A stretch of 64,000 nt of DNA, taken from contig NC_047033.1 of the NCBI RefSeq assembly GCF_902652985.1, positions 5,518,001 through 5,582,000 of the forward strand, read 5' to 3'. The position numbers were made by a program, and so were the translations under genes. Position 1 is the stretch's first letter, and every line of letters starts with the position of its first letter. This stretch comes from Pecten maximus (lineage: Eukaryota). The notes under the pieces were generated by a model that ran no database searches, was not told the DNA's origin, and was given only the letters and a program-made list of their open reading frames with translations. Of this stretch, positions 13,790 to 27,708 are shown piece after piece.

Positions 13790-13895
13790 TAGTCCAGAAT
13801 ATTTGACACTCGGTACTGGTAGTCGACCGATGTTGCATGAGGCCGAAGTGCAATAAAATAGCGGTCCATTGCCAGTACCTAATATTCTAGAATAT
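13790..13895. repeat. Degenerate palindrome resembling those at 6131, 8380 and 14209
   Basis: AGAATATT..GGTACTGG..GACCG..TTGCA [TGAGGCCGAAG] TGCAA..CGGTC..CCAGTACC..AATATTCT. Confidence 0.55.
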
Positions 13896-14208
13896 TGCGC
13901 AGACATCCAGGATATACTGGTTTTATTACATAATCGCAAAAACACACTTAGAATCACAGACATTTCGACTTTCCAGTAGGCCTAGAAGTCACCACGACTC
14001 GTCTGGCAGTGTTGACATCTGAGTGACATGACACTTGAAGGGGTAGTACATTCCGAAACGTCACAGATGTTCTATAGTTCGCACGTGACAGTGCAATAGT
14101 CATTTTAGCCGTGCAGTAGTTTAAAACATACATTTTGCGTGTAGTTAGGGCAAATCAAATAAATTATGTTATAAAAACAGAAAGAAGTATATGGTCAACA
14201 AATAATTC

Positions 14209-14373
14209 ATTTAAGGATTGAATCTTGATTTGGTCGATTTCATGGGGTCATGAATTGAGTTGCTCTTGAGACAAATTTAATGAACTGCGAAGCAGTTCAT
14301 GCTGAATTTGTCTCAAGAGCAACTCAATTCATGACCCCATGAAATCGACCAAATCAAGATTCAATCCTTAAAT
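14209..14373. repeat. 165-bp near-perfect palindrome with a GCGAAGC centre
   Basis: ATTTAAGGATTGAATCTTGATTTGGTCG... is the reverse complement of ...CGACCAAATCAAGATTCAATCCTTAAAT; the only mismatches lie near the centre. Confidence 0.9.
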
Positions 14374-14429
14374 CAATTATTTTCATATAATGCTTGTAGT
14401 GCGCAAAAACCCACGTGATTAAATATGTG

Positions 14430-14518
14430 ACCTCTTACCTGTCCATGTCCGTTCGGAGATTCGAACCCCGGTCAGCTTATGACATGCAAGTGTGGTACCA
14501 CATTGCCATCCGGCTACG
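14430..14518 (-). mobile_element. tRNA-derived SINE head fragment
   Basis: Reverse complement GTAGCCGGATGGCAATGTGGTA...GGGGTTCGAATCTCCG contains A and B boxes; same head as 15530-15580. Confidence 0.6.
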
Positions 14519-15529
14519 TAACGAAATCAAAAGGACATGTATTTCCCTTTCGGATTTCGAACGGAAAGTACTTGATTTATTAAATATGATGTCTAGTTGT
14601 GTCCCTTTCTTTATACTAAAAAGTATTTGGGTTGAACATCCAAGATGGCCACCACTGCCTCTGATTGGCCGAGATCAGTTCAAGCAATAATTCTGGTCTA
14701 TATGATGAACTTTAATGAAGGGATGCTAACGTGACATCGCTGATTTTCGCACAAAAAGAATGCAGTCTCTTCTGATGGAATAACTATTAAAGCATTGCCT
14801 GGTTTTGATGAGGTACATAGGTGTTTAATGACTTTAATTGAGCCCCAGTTGTACTGAAAATCAATTATCTTCATAGATCTTTAGGTTTCCTCATATGGTC
14901 TTGGGAGTATTTATCGAAATTGTAAAAGTGATTAAGCGCTGTACGGTTTATATACATGTAGGGAAATTATACTACTGTCTGTATTGTAGTTACAAGCATT
15001 ATATGAAAATTTGATAGGTGAACAATTTGAGCCGGAGCCATCTAGGGCAGTTGAGTTCGAGACTATAATGTGCTTGAAATCCGATATATCTACCAGTTGT
15101 GCTCAATAAAATCAAATTTCTTATCTTTTTGGTTTTTGTTTAGAGCTCAGATCCGAGGATTCTGCTATTCTGTGTCATCAGTAATCAATGTTGCAAATGA
15201 TAATACTTATGATGTCGTTGATGAAGATTAAGAAATGTAATTGAGCTAGGATTGATCCTTGATGAACACCTGCTGTAACATAAGCTGAATAGAATTGTCT
15301 ACCGTTAATTACTACACACTGACAGCGACTATGCAAGTTATTTGAGAACCAAGAAAGATATTTCCAGTTATACCGAAATATTTTTTAATTTGGTTAGAAG
15401 ACCTCAATGCCAAACCCGGTCAAACGCTTTATCTAGGTCACAAAATACCAATCTAGTTTTGCTACCTTTATCAAGATTCGCCAAATGTCGTGGAGATAAA
15501 TAGAAGTTGATTAATAGCGAATAATTTTA

Positions 15530-15580
15530 GGGTAGCCGGGTGGCACAGTGGTAACATACTTGCCTTTCACCTGGGCGACC
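15530..15580 (+). mobile_element. tRNA-derived SINE head fragment
   Basis: GGGTAGCCGGGTGGCACAGTGGTAAC... with an A box; truncated before the B box. Confidence 0.5.
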
Positions 15581-16581
15581 ACGTGACCTTTCCCCGCGCG
15601 CTCTGTCATTAATTCATCATTTTATTCCAATCCCATGGGTCATCAATCATAAAAGAGGCGAACTTGATGTCATATCGCTTTGATTAAAATCGGACGTGGC
15701 TTAAACACGAATGGCGGGACTTAACACGATTGGTCGTGGTTCTATCGTAGATTAGAACATGATCCGTAGCCAATCAAAGCACGTGCAAACGAATTGAGTT
15801 AGAATTGTGTTAATACATATATTTCTTGTGAAATTATAAGGCCGCCGGCTACGAGACAATCGAAGTCGAATTTGCAATGTCCCTTGCTGTGACTGAATTA
15901 CTCAGTTATACACATATATTGGCGATCAAGTAGTTCAATATATGAATTTCGTTAAAATTGTTCCATGCTATGTTTTTAAAATGTAACTAACATTTCTTGA
16001 GATTTTTGTTTCATACAGCGCTCATAAAGTCCAAAAATGCTAATTGCGGGAGACATAAGGAATGCATATAAACGGCTATCGTGGCAACTGTGTCAGCTAG
16101 CTACATCTGTACTAAAAAAAAGAGGGATGATTTATAGATCAACCTGCAGTGAAAGGTGTCATGGAAATGTGTCACGAATGGTGTCTAAGGAAGTGTACCA
16201 TTGACATTAAATTTGACCTTTTCATATTTGTCATATTTGTCAGGCTACGAGACTATAATTGTACATTTCCATTGGTGACAGGTGTCGTCGGCGTCTTGAA
16301 CCTTTCACTTTAATTCGCGTAGATCCGTCCATTTTGTATTCCCTGGTGCAGAGTTTGCTGTCTGACAGAATAAAACATGGAAACAAGACAACGCAGTATG
16401 GAAGCTAAATACTGACTTACATTTTACATTATGCTGATTGTGGTGGTGTTTATCTTGAGAAAATATCTTAAAATTGTCATAAAGCTAAACCTATTAGTTT
16501 GTTTGCCTCATTAATCAAGTATTTATATGAAAAAATATATTTCGCGAAATATATTGTACAGCCAAACCTCGTTTTCTTAAA

Positions 16582-16689
16582 GTTTGGTTTGGTTTGGTTT
16601 GTTTTTGTTTAACGTCCTATTAACAGCCAGGGTCATTTAAGGACGTGCCAGGTTTTGGAGGTGGAGGAAAGCCGAAGTACCCGGAGAAA
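16582..16689 (-). mobile_element. 3' fragment of a V-domain SINE
   Basis: Reverse complement matches the 3' half of the SINE at 62398-62620, with an (AAACC)n tail. Confidence 0.85.
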
Positions 16690-17639
16690 GTCAGTTGATT
16701 CATGAAAAATATCGAGAAATCTCGAGTTTTCAATTTGACTGGTTGGATTTATTTATAATTTTTACTTTTGAAACATCATTTTTACTTCGATCTTTATGAG
16801 TTCGAGACGAATATATTTCTTGAAATTGACAGAATTTAGCACTTGTAATTATTTTATTTATTTTTATATATATCACATCAGTTGTACAACAGTAACAGTG
16901 TATACGTGTTTTATTTAATGATCATTCGGTGAAAATTTACATCATAGGGATACACACTTCACTCTTTTACACTCTGTCTATGTACACTAAAAAGTAATGA
17001 CTAGGATAATACGACAATACCAACGATGACATATAGTCAAATCTTGTTGTCGAAAACTCTGAAAACTCGAAAAAATCGCTAAATTTGCATTCAAATTTTA
17101 GTTAACTCGAATATTCTTTTTTTTTTCAGGTTAAAAATAATTTTATTTATCATGGAAAAAAGTATACAGGAGACTCATTCAACACACATCTCTCTACTTT
17201 CGTTTTGTATATCTACTATATATAAATCGACAAATGTACATACGTGAACCTCTCAGCTACAGTTAGAATCCAGACAGTACATGTATATGTGGCTGATGAG
17301 GTTGCCTCACCTAACCGTATTGCTTTCATCTTCCTGTAGTGAGAGGTTATTACGCTAAAATGACAAATATCAAAACAACCATATATTGTTAGGATTGTAT
17401 ATCGTTATAATGTTACCAGTCAACCGCATTACACATAAACAATACCATCGTCTACCATATATAAACACTGCCGGGACACTGAGGCCCCGTTACTTTTCCG
17501 GTTTTACATCTTTTTGGATAAACTTTCATTACGACGTCATAATTTGTTGCATAAATCTGCCAGTATTTCATTTGGTATCAATTTCTTTTCTTTTTTCGAT
17601 TTCGTCATAAGTTGTAATGAGTATTTTGTGAACATTTTT

Positions 17640-20012
17640 GCCCTTTGAGATATTGTGTGAGTATCAGGGATTTTACGTTGATACTTTTAAAATTTCGTTT
17701 CGTTCTTTCCATATTACCCATTTAAATGTGTACAGTATCAAATTGCAAACCGTTAGTATTTTTCCATTTTTGGCGCAAGAGCAATATCAAGATATATATT
17801 CCTTAATAGTTTTTCAAGTTCCGTTATAATTGTTCTAGTAATATTACAATAGTAGAATAAATGATACTGATCTTCGATTTCAGTTTTACAGAAATGACAT
17901 TTCCCATATGTTCAGTTAATTTTTTTTAATTTGCTTTCCGTATAAACTATGTAATGTGTACTCTTCAATTGGAATTATTTAACTTTCCTGTCACATGCGT
18001 TCTATTAGATATTTCTCCATATCAAGCCCCAATTTAATATTTCGTTAAACTCAAATTCCCTTTTTGTTTGGCATTTTGGATGTATTTTTGATGTAAGAAA
18101 TTATGAAGTAAAGTGAGCTTTAAACCCTTTTTGTCTAGAATATGTTTTTCGGTTTGTATACACAGATTTGAGTCAATTCAATCCACTTGCCTGTTCTTTC
18201 ATATTTAATCGTATTTTTTCTTTTACTTCTGTCGGAATTGATCCTTTTACATGTAGTTTTAATAGTTCCACAATACATTTCCGTTTTATTTTTCATCCGA
18301 TTGTATCTTTCAGTATCTCTTTTAAAAGTATTGTTTTCATTGTCCCATATATCATTTAATATTCTCATACCACCATTTAAAAATGATTCAATACTGGTTT
18401 TCCTTTAAGAATAAAATTCGAGTTACCGGAAAAATTCATTTGCAAAATTTCGTTTTTCGAATGTATAGCATCTCGATAAAAAAAAAACTGATAAAGCGTC
18501 TTTATTCAAACCTGTAGTGTCGGAACACGTACAAATAAAATACGAACTTTTAAGTGTTCTATCAATGCAATGTAATGTATTACGACATACTTAATCTGAT
18601 TTGTTTTTCCGTTCCAAATAAAATTCGATATAAGTGAATCGATCTCTATCAAATATCTTTTTGGTATCCCTCTACTCAGTTACCAATTCCATTTTAATTG
18701 ACGATACTTTCCCGCGATATATTTTCATCAAGTTTAGTTTTTTCCTGATTAGTAATGGTTGCTTGTACATTTTTTAATAGTTTTTCAGCTTCCTCGTGAT
18801 CCCATCCCTTCGATTTTAACAAATTTGAGTAGAATTCTGCGTGAACATTTAATATAGATTGGATGTCTCCTTTATATTGCCCATCTGGACTCCTTATTTT
18901 TGTCCATTGCTTGTTTTCATTGTTTTTGATGAAGGAAGTATCTGGATGATTGTTTACCTTCATCGTAATTATTTTATTCTAGATCGTATGCGTGCTGTTT
19001 CATTTTGAGATGTATATATTGTTTTTATCTCATTTTTAATCGCATTGATCTTATATGTATTGACATCTCTTTCCTTTAGGCTATCTAGTTCTTTATCGGG
19101 GCGTTTTAAATTTTTGTTTTGTGTATTTATTTTTTAACCGGTTTCCATAGCGATATTTCTAATTTACATTTTGTTTGTTCCCAACACATTGCAACATTTC
19201 CATAATTGTTTATTTGGGTTTTCCATTGAAGCCAAAACGACTCTAATATGTTTTTGAATATGACATTTTCAACAATTTTATAATTTAGTTTCCAATACCC
19301 AGGTCCTCTTTCAACGTCATTTGTTTTTAATTTTATACTGCATGCATTGTGAACTAAACAATCAACTATATTACATTTGTCGATTCTAAAATTCAAACTA
19401 AAAAAATGTACTACTAGTTAACACAGTCTCTTCTTGATTTTGCCTTACACCGGAAAAAAGTGGTTCGTTTTTTTCCGGAAATCTAATTCTCCAGAAATCT
19501 TTTAGATCACAATTTTCCATCATATGTTTTAATTGGGTACTTCCTATGTCCTCATTTTGGTGTATTGGGTATCTATCTAATTCTTTATCTAATGCGCAAT
19601 TAAAATCTCCTGTAACAATTAAATTGTGTTCTTTTTTCTTTTCCATTTCAGTGTTCAGTTTATTGATGGATGTAACCCTTTCTCTAGGTCCATTTGGACA
19701 GTATATCTTAATTATTGAGTATATTTTCTCATCTTTCGTAATTTCCATCTCAATAAACCTACCAACATTATCTTTATACTTCAAATAAACGTGTGATTCG
19801 CTAGTACCGCTATTCCAGTAAGAGTTACCTCCCCCTACGTACGTCCTTCCACTGCTAAGACCTACAAGCATATATTTCGTGTTCGGTACTATGCGTTTCT
19901 TGTATACAACATATGTTCACAATTTTGTAAAGTTAATCCAATTAAACACATTACCTCTCTTCTCATAATTCCTTAAACCATTCACGTTAAGGGTTATAAC
20001 ATCTAAATACAT
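17640..20012 (-). mobile_element. Degraded L1/Tx1-clade LINE ORF2 with most of the RT deleted
   Basis: Endonuclease start MYLDVITLNVNGLR (ATG at 20012), GDFNC, DFWRIRFP and RGPGYWKLN. It jumps at ~18690 to post-RT sequence (NFIWNGK). Many stops and frameshifts. Confidence 0.8.
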
Positions 20013-21009
20013 ATATAATATTAAAACGTTGTATTACGGACTTTCCGTGGTTGTATTATGCACACATCTATGTTGCTTATACAAATTCACTACTGTACGT
20101 ACATGTATACTCTGTATCATACTATGTGTCTACATATTTTTATCGTTTCGCACGAGTTTTGAGTCTTTCTCAGTAGAAGGGGGAGTTGAGGTATCACTTC
20201 TTTGTCGTTTACGGAAATTGGGCGTGGTCATTTGGGTTGTTTCTGCATTTAGAAATATGTTGAAAGCAACCATCTCTAGCTTGTGGATGACTTCGACAGT
20301 AAGCCCCGAGGTGTCCCTAAAATATTAAGATGAAGGGCCTCAAAAATAGCCCGCCAATGGCATTGTAGCTAGCTAGAGCTCATGCATATTTACCGTACCA
20401 CCATGGGTCGGATTTTTTCCAAATCGCGGAAATGGCTTTTTGGAGGAAACAGAGGTGCATGCATCGGAATGAGAATACATTTTAGGTGGATAAAGGATGT
20501 TATTGAAAGAAAAAAAATATCCATCTTTTCAACGATCATAAGCATATTTCTCTACATTCAGCAGAAACATGTTTTTTTTTTATTGAGAAACGTAGGCGGT
20601 GTCGTTTTTTTTTTCACCGAGAACTTCCCCCCTTCTCGTATATATGACCACCAGGGATGTCATTTTTGCAAAATTTTAATCTAGCCCCCCAAAACGTCTC
20701 AAAATGTGCTATACACACTAGGAGAGGTCCAAATACATGTAGACTGTAACTAATTCTCAAGTCCCTGTGGTTAATAGTATTAGTGTAACTTGTATCTAAA
20801 CGCGCACAGTTTAGTTTAAACTTTATTGTTATTTAATAATACATGACAATATAATATATACAATATAACTTCAAAAAGGATTCAGATCTGTTTCCTTGTA
20901 GACATACAGCAGCTATGGAACGGTACTGACAATACTTCATGCTATTTGGATATATGCCATTGAACATTTAATTCGGACGACAAGGGGGTCCCAACCGGTT
21001 TCTATATAT

Positions 21010-22385
21010 AATTTGTTGTGACCACTCATGAATGTTCGAAAGTTTATTATTTAACAGGTTTGCGGTCAAGACCGATGAATCCACTTCGACATATAGAAAT
21101 GTATCGTCGGCAAATAGCTTAACGGTGCAATTAGTGTTATGAAAGAATAAAAGTGGTCCCAGAATTGGTCCCTGTGGAACTCCTGCTGAAATATATACCA
21201 AATCAGATTGTTTACCATATGTAAGTAATCAGAAAACCAGCTAAGCAGATTTCCTGTGATGCCGAAAGATTTTAATTTGGAAAGAAGGCCTCGATGCCGT
21301 ACCCGGTCAAAAGCTTTCCACGTTGACGGATAAGTACATGCAGCGAGCGAGAGGTTAAATAAGATATGTAATGGGTAGCTGAGAATATAAGCAGCTTCCT
21401 TTATTAATTGCGGACTAATAAGGTCGGAACCAGAGGCTTTCTTCGTGTTGAGGGAGTGTATAGAATCAAGGACGTCTTGGCGAGATATCACGATGTCGGT
21501 AAGTATATGATTATGTGAGTGAGTTATTACAGGGGGTCGATATTAGAGTCGTTAATAGTAGATTGTGAGGAGAAGAACGTGTTAACAGAATTGGCTTTAT
21601 CGAGATCGTCGTATAGAATGTCGTTGTTGACAGAAATAGGAGGGATATCGGATTTTCTTTTAGAGTTGGACATAAAAGTAGTGATAATTTTCCACCATTT
21701 CTTAGTACTAGTGTTATTACTGTGGTTAAGTTTATCGCAGAGTATATCTAGATATTCACGTTTGGAATTTCAAACGGCATTTGTACAAGCGTTTCTGTAT
21801 TTTCTGAATTTAGCCCAGTCGTCTACTTTACCATAAAGCTTAGCTTTCCGATGACAGTATTTTTTTGCGAATAAATTTTCTTACGGTGTTGTTTAACCAT
21901 ACAGGAGCGTTACTTCTAACAGTTATAGTTTTATTTGGTATACATTCTCTGGCTAGCTAAGTACATTGTTGATAATGATCTCGGTACTTCTGTCAACGTC
22001 ATTATTATCTAAAATGAAGTCCCAGTCAATTTTGGAAAGCTTGTCTCTGTATTCGTCGTAGTTACCGAGGTCATATAACCAGATGTTACGTTTAAAACAT
22101 GATTGAATAGGTTTGGAAGTACCATACACGGAACAATGATATCTAACTGGCTGATATAGGAAGCTTTCACCAACATGACATAGATTGATTAGGGAAGGAT
22201 CACTAGCACAGACTATATCTAGGAGAGAAGAGGAAGATTCAGTGTAAAGGTAGGGTTAGTGACACTCTGTGTTAGATTATAAGTGGTTAGTAGGTTACGA
22301 AGATGAAGAGAGTGATTATTATCAGTAAGTAAGTTTGCGTTGAAATCTCCAGTTATGACAATGTTAGATATTCCAGTATTGACGA
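21010..22385 (-). mobile_element. CR1-like LINE ORF2 fragment with internal deletions
   Basis: GDFNA, KASGSDLISP, KAFDRV.H.GLL.KL, AGVPQGPILGPLLF, KLFADDT. Confidence 0.85.
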
Positions 22386-22410
22386 GTCAGTTTCCGCCTG
22401 GGGTCTCCGT

Positions 22411-23157
22411 TTGGAGGAGATTCTGAACAGGGCTGCTGAACGGGCATCTATCCGGGTTAGCAAGATTTATTCCATGCAAAGGACTGTGTTCTACGAAGGA
22501 CTTCGTCCAGCCCCTAGGGACCTTTCTAGACATAAGTTCGATTCCATTAAGGACTTTGATGAGCTTCGCCAATCTATCCGGAGACTAGGGTATTCCCGGG
22601 GACTGGCGCCCAAACCTTCCAAGCCAGCCCAGGTAAAGATGATGTCCTCAGAGAAGTCAGCGTCAGCATCGACATCTTCCAACCCAGACATAGGGGAGCT
22701 GAGAGACATGATGCTACAGTTGTCAGCGAGGTTTGATAACTTCGAGAAGAAGCGCTTCGACGGCAAGAAGAATCAGAAGGGTCCAAGAGCCAATCAGCCG
22801 CCTTCAGGTGCCCCCCATGGAGGTAAGTTTCAGCAGGGAGGAGGTAAGCCCGAAGGATACCAAGGACAGAAAAACTACCAACATGGAGCCGATTACTTTC
22901 AGCCCCAGCCCGATAGATGTTTTGACCGCCAGGGCGAGGAACACTACCAGCCTGAGATGTGTCAGCCTAGTTACCCTCCCCCACCCACGATGGAGACCCA
23001 GGGTAATGAACGTCAACCCGTTGGAGATAACCCTCAGGGTCCTCAGTGTTACAGATGCGGCCAATATGGACACTTACGGATAGGTTGCCGTGTCATCATG
23101 GATCACTCCAGGAAGCATTTAAACTCCAATCGGCCTATGAGCAGGGGGTACCCATAG
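22411..23157 (+). pseudogene. gag: Gypsy gag C-terminal part with zinc knuckle
   Basis: CYRCGQYGHLRIGC (CCHC); N-terminus missing. Confidence 0.85.
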
Positions 23158-23161
23158 GTCG
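23118..23161 (+). promoter_or_regulatory. -1 programmed ribosomal frameshift signal (gag-pol)
   Basis: Slippery heptamer T-TTA-AAC at 23118-23124, a 6-nt spacer, then stem CGGCCTATG/CATAGGTCG. Pol is in the -1 frame. Confidence 0.8.
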
Positions 23162-26100
23162 AGGTATGTCAGCCTGGAGGACGCCAAACCCCATTAAACA
23201 AGGAGTTACCAGACGGCAGGAACCCGACAACCCACCCGGATTAACTGGGGACTGTAACGTTGTAGACCTTTTTATTGACAGCCTGCCTGCGAAAGCCTTA
23301 CTAGACACCGGGGCTACAGTATCCAGTGTTAGCCAGGGTTTTTATGAGAAGAACCTGTCACACATACCTCTGCAGCCTATTAGGGAGGGATCATTGGACA
23401 TTCAGGTAGCTGGTGGAGCCCGACTACCCTACTTAGGATATATTGAGGTTACTCTGCAGATAGACCGGGTACGCAGAGAGGATGAGTCCAGATGTCTCTT
23501 ACTAGTTGTGCCTGACTATGATTTTAACCAGATGGTACCAGTTCTACTCGGAACAAATGTTCTTACCCATTTTATGGAAAGATGTAGGGAATGGTATGGT
23601 GAGAGATACTTACAACATGCTCCTTTGACGACGCCATGGTACACTTCTTTTCGCTGCATTTCTCTTCGGGAAAAGAAGTTGGAGAGGAACGGATATTGCC
23701 CTGCGGTAGCACGGAGTGCAGAGTCCAGCAACATTGTTATTCCGCCCAACGGAAGGATAGACATACAGTGTAAGTTGGACAGGGAGGTTTATTACCCGGA
23801 TGTCTGCGCCTTGATGCAGCCCACTTCATCTTCTGTCATCCCTGATGATATGGATATAGCACCAACGATACTTACCTACCCTACAATCATGGCAGGAATG
23901 GACTTGTATCCGTAAATGTCTCCAACTTGACTACACGGACTGTTATTGTAACTCGCGGGATAGTTTGTGAACTACAGCCTGTACGAGTCCAGCACCCATT
24001 ACATGGAGTGGTACCTGAGGATAGGAAGGAGGAGTTCCCAGACAACTACCTCGACAGGGTGACCTTTAATGTGGAGCTTGATGATGGATTACTGAGGAGA
24101 GGAAAGGAGGTGTTATCCTATTTTCCAGATGTTTTCTCTGCGGGGGACCTTGACCTTGGCCATACTATTGAATTCCCTCATCGGATTGAACTTAGCGACC
24201 CTACACCATTCAAACAGCGGCATCGGAGAATACCACCTGCCATGGTCCAGGAAGTGAGAGAACACTTACAGCAGTTGTTGGCATGCGGAGTTATCAGAAG
24301 ATCATGCTCACCCTGGGCGTCCGGTGTAGTCTTAGCCAGGAAGAAGAACGGATCCTTACGCATGTGTATCGACTATCGCCAACTTAATCAGAGGACTATT
24401 AAAGATGCATATGCCCTCCCACGGATTGAGGAAATACATGACTCCCTTTCTGGATCATCATTCTTCTCCGTGTTGGACATGAAGAGTGGCTACCATCAAG
24501 TTGAGGTTGCTTAGCACCATAAGGAGCGGACAGCTTTTACTCTAGGCCCACTTGGGTTTTATGAGTATAACCGGATGCCGTTTGGTCTCGCTAACGCCCC
24601 GGCCACCTATCAGCGACTCATGGAGCAATGCCTCTGGGAATAACATATGGCGGACTGTTTCATTTATCTTGATGATGTCATTATCTTTTCATCAACCTTT
24701 GAGGAGCAGAAACTTCAGCGTGTACTCCAGCGCTTGAGGGAACATGGGATAAAGCTGTCACCCAAGAAGTGCTCATTCTTCCAAAGCCGCGTCAGATATC
24801 TCGGGTGTATAGTGACAGCAGCCGGTATTGAAGCATACCCTAGTAAAGTGGAGAAGATTATTAACTGGGAACGGCCATCTAGCCCGGAGGATGTTCGCCG
24901 GTTTTTGGGTTTCGCCGGATATTACCGGAAGTTCATCAAGGATTTTGCAAAAGTAGCCCGGCCTTTAACAGATCTTATGCCAGCGCCTCGGAAATCCGGA
25001 AAGAAGAAGGACAGCAATGGTTGTTGGAATTGGGGAGAGGAGCAGGAACTTGCGTTCATTTCATTAAAGGAAAGATTAGCCTCCCCGCCAGTTTTAGCCT
25101 ATCCGGATTACACCAAACCCTTTGAGGTTCACTGTGATGCAAGTCATAAAGGTCTCGGAGCTGTGTTATACCAGGAAAAGGACAACAGGGCACATGTCAT
25201 CGCTTATGCCAGCCGGGGATTGTCAAGGTCGGAGCGAAACTACCCAGCTCATAAGCTCGAGTTTCTTGCCAGGAAATGGGCTATTACGGAGAAGTTTAAG
25301 GACTACCTGTATGACCATCGCTTCACTGTGGTGACGGACAACAACCCCCTCACCTACGTTCTGACGAGCGCGAAACTTGACGCCACGGGTCATCGCTGGT
25401 TAGCAGCCCTCTCCGCCTATGACTTCAACATCCGATATCGACCAGGTAAAGCCCACATAGATGCTGATACATTGTCTCGATTGCCAACTCCAGGAACCAG
25501 TGGTCATGATACCAAGGAGGACACCATTTTCGAGGACTCTGTTGCTGCGGTGTGTCAGCCGCACTTTGAGAGTATTTGTTTAGCGGATACTACGGTTGAC
25601 GGTATGGATGCTACATGCCTGGAAGATCTTGAGTTGGAGCAACTGAGCTTCAGGGATATGAGAGCAGCACAGAGGAAGGATGAACTTTTGGGACCCTGTA
25701 TTAACAACGTCCAGAGTGGTGTTAGGCCCAGGAGAGAGGAATTACCTAAGTCAGCCTGGAATCCCTCGCTATACCGGCACTTTGATTCTCTCATAGTTAA
25801 GCGAGGCGCCCTTTATCGACAAGCCTCCGTGGATGGGGAGACAAAACAGCAGTTGGTTCTTCCCTCGTCACTTATACCTGTTGTCTTGAGGAGCCTCCAC
25901 AACAACATGGGACATCTAGCTGTGGCCAAAACGTAATTGCTGTGTAGAGACCGCTTCTACTGGCCTTCCATGTCTACGGATGTTGAGAAATGGATAGCGA
26001 GGTGTAACAGATGTTTGCGGAGGAAAACCCCCACCAGGGAGAGGGCACCCTTAGTCTCTATCCAGACCACGCAACCGCTGGAAATTGTCTGTATGGACTA

Positions 26101-27512
26101 CCTGACTCTGGAGCCTTCCAATGGGAATTACCATCACATCTTGGTCATTACCGACCACTTCACTCGCTACGCCGTTGCGGTTCCAACCCGTAACCAGACC
26201 AGCAAGACCACCGCCGAGGCTCTGATGAACCATTTCATTGTCCACTATGGGACGCCGAAGCGCCTGCACTCGGACCAAGGAATGACGTTCAGAAGCAAGC
26301 TTGTGAAGCAGTTTTGCCGTATGACGGGTATTTCTCAGTCCCAGACTACGCCGTATCATCCACAGGCAACGGACAATGCGAGCGCTTTAACCGCACATTA
26401 TTGAGCATGCTCGGAACCCTTGGAGAGGAGGAGAAGAGGGACTGGAAATCCTACGTCGCACCCTTAGTGCACGCATATAACGCCACGAGGAACGAGTCTA
26501 CGGGATACTCGCCATTTTATCTCATGTACGGGAGAGAGCCACGATTACCTGTAGACCTTGCCTTCGGAATAGAGTCGGACAATTCAAGGGAATCATTACA
26601 TTCCTATGTGGAGTCGATGCGAAGACGACTTAAGGACTCCTACAATATTGCCCTCACCAGGAGTAACGCAGCTAAAGATAGACAGAAAACCGGATACGAC
26701 GTATGGATTCGTGGAGCCTTTGTCCGCGCCGGGGATCGGGTCTTGGTTAAAGCGGTTGCTTTTGATGGGAAGCATAAGCTTGCCGACAAGTGGGAGGAGG
26801 AAATATATGTTGTTCTAGACCAACCCAACCCAGATATGCCTGTCTATGTTGTACAGAAGGAGGATGGTCGAGGGAGAAAGCGTACTCTACACAGAAACCT
26901 TCTCCTTCCCATCGGTTCCCTGGCAACCGATACTGATGACAGGAATGATGATACCCCTACACCACGGAAAACCCCAACCCCAGCACCAAGATTGACACGA
27001 CGGATGTGAAGGAACCACGGAGAGAGTCTCAGGCCAAACCTGAGGAAACAATGGAAGTTTCCTCCATTGCCAACTCCGATGACAGCGATACGGAACTCTT
27101 TGTGTCAGTGCCCCCTATGCCAGCTGTTGGTGACGCCCAGGCAGGTGCCACGGATACAGCAGCTGGGCAGCTTGTAAACGACCATGAGTCGACAATGGTC
27201 CCTGCTGAAGAGGATGCAGACTCCGTTATTGATAGGACCAATAGGGAGGATGTTGATGCACTGGGAGGACAGGAGGAGGATGATACAGCCGGGGTAGAGT
27301 CTCCAACAATTCCGAGACGTTCGGGGAGAGTCCGTCGACCACCTAAGAAGTTCACCAGTGGTGATTATGTGATGTCAGCAGGTACAGCTCCAGATCTGTC
27401 ATGGATGCGGAAGGCGGATTATCTTCGCTCCATGGTCTCTGGCGATATTCTGGCTCCAGGAGCAGAACGGATTTTGGAGGCTGTATTGTCAGTGATACAG
27501 ACATCAACCTGA
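23118..27512 (+). pseudogene. pol: Gypsy pol (PR-RT-RH-IN) with stops and frameshifts
   Basis: LLDTGA, LRMCIDYRQLN, YLDD, CDAS..GAVL, H..H..RDRFYWP..C..C, HSDQG, ERFNRTL. In-frame stops near 24512, 24641 and 25934, plus several frameshifts. Confidence 0.93.
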
Positions 27513-27708
27513 TTTGTTTTTTAACCATGTTTTATCATTTGCCTTATTTTATTTGTTCTGCAATGTCATATTTCCCTGTAGTTGTATAAGTACTATATTA
27601 TATCTTGTAATGTCTTTCCATTACAGGTTTCATTATACCTGTATTTGATTGTTCCTTATTATCCATTATATGGATGGCGAGGACGCCATTCTTGCACAGG
27701 GGGGTGTA

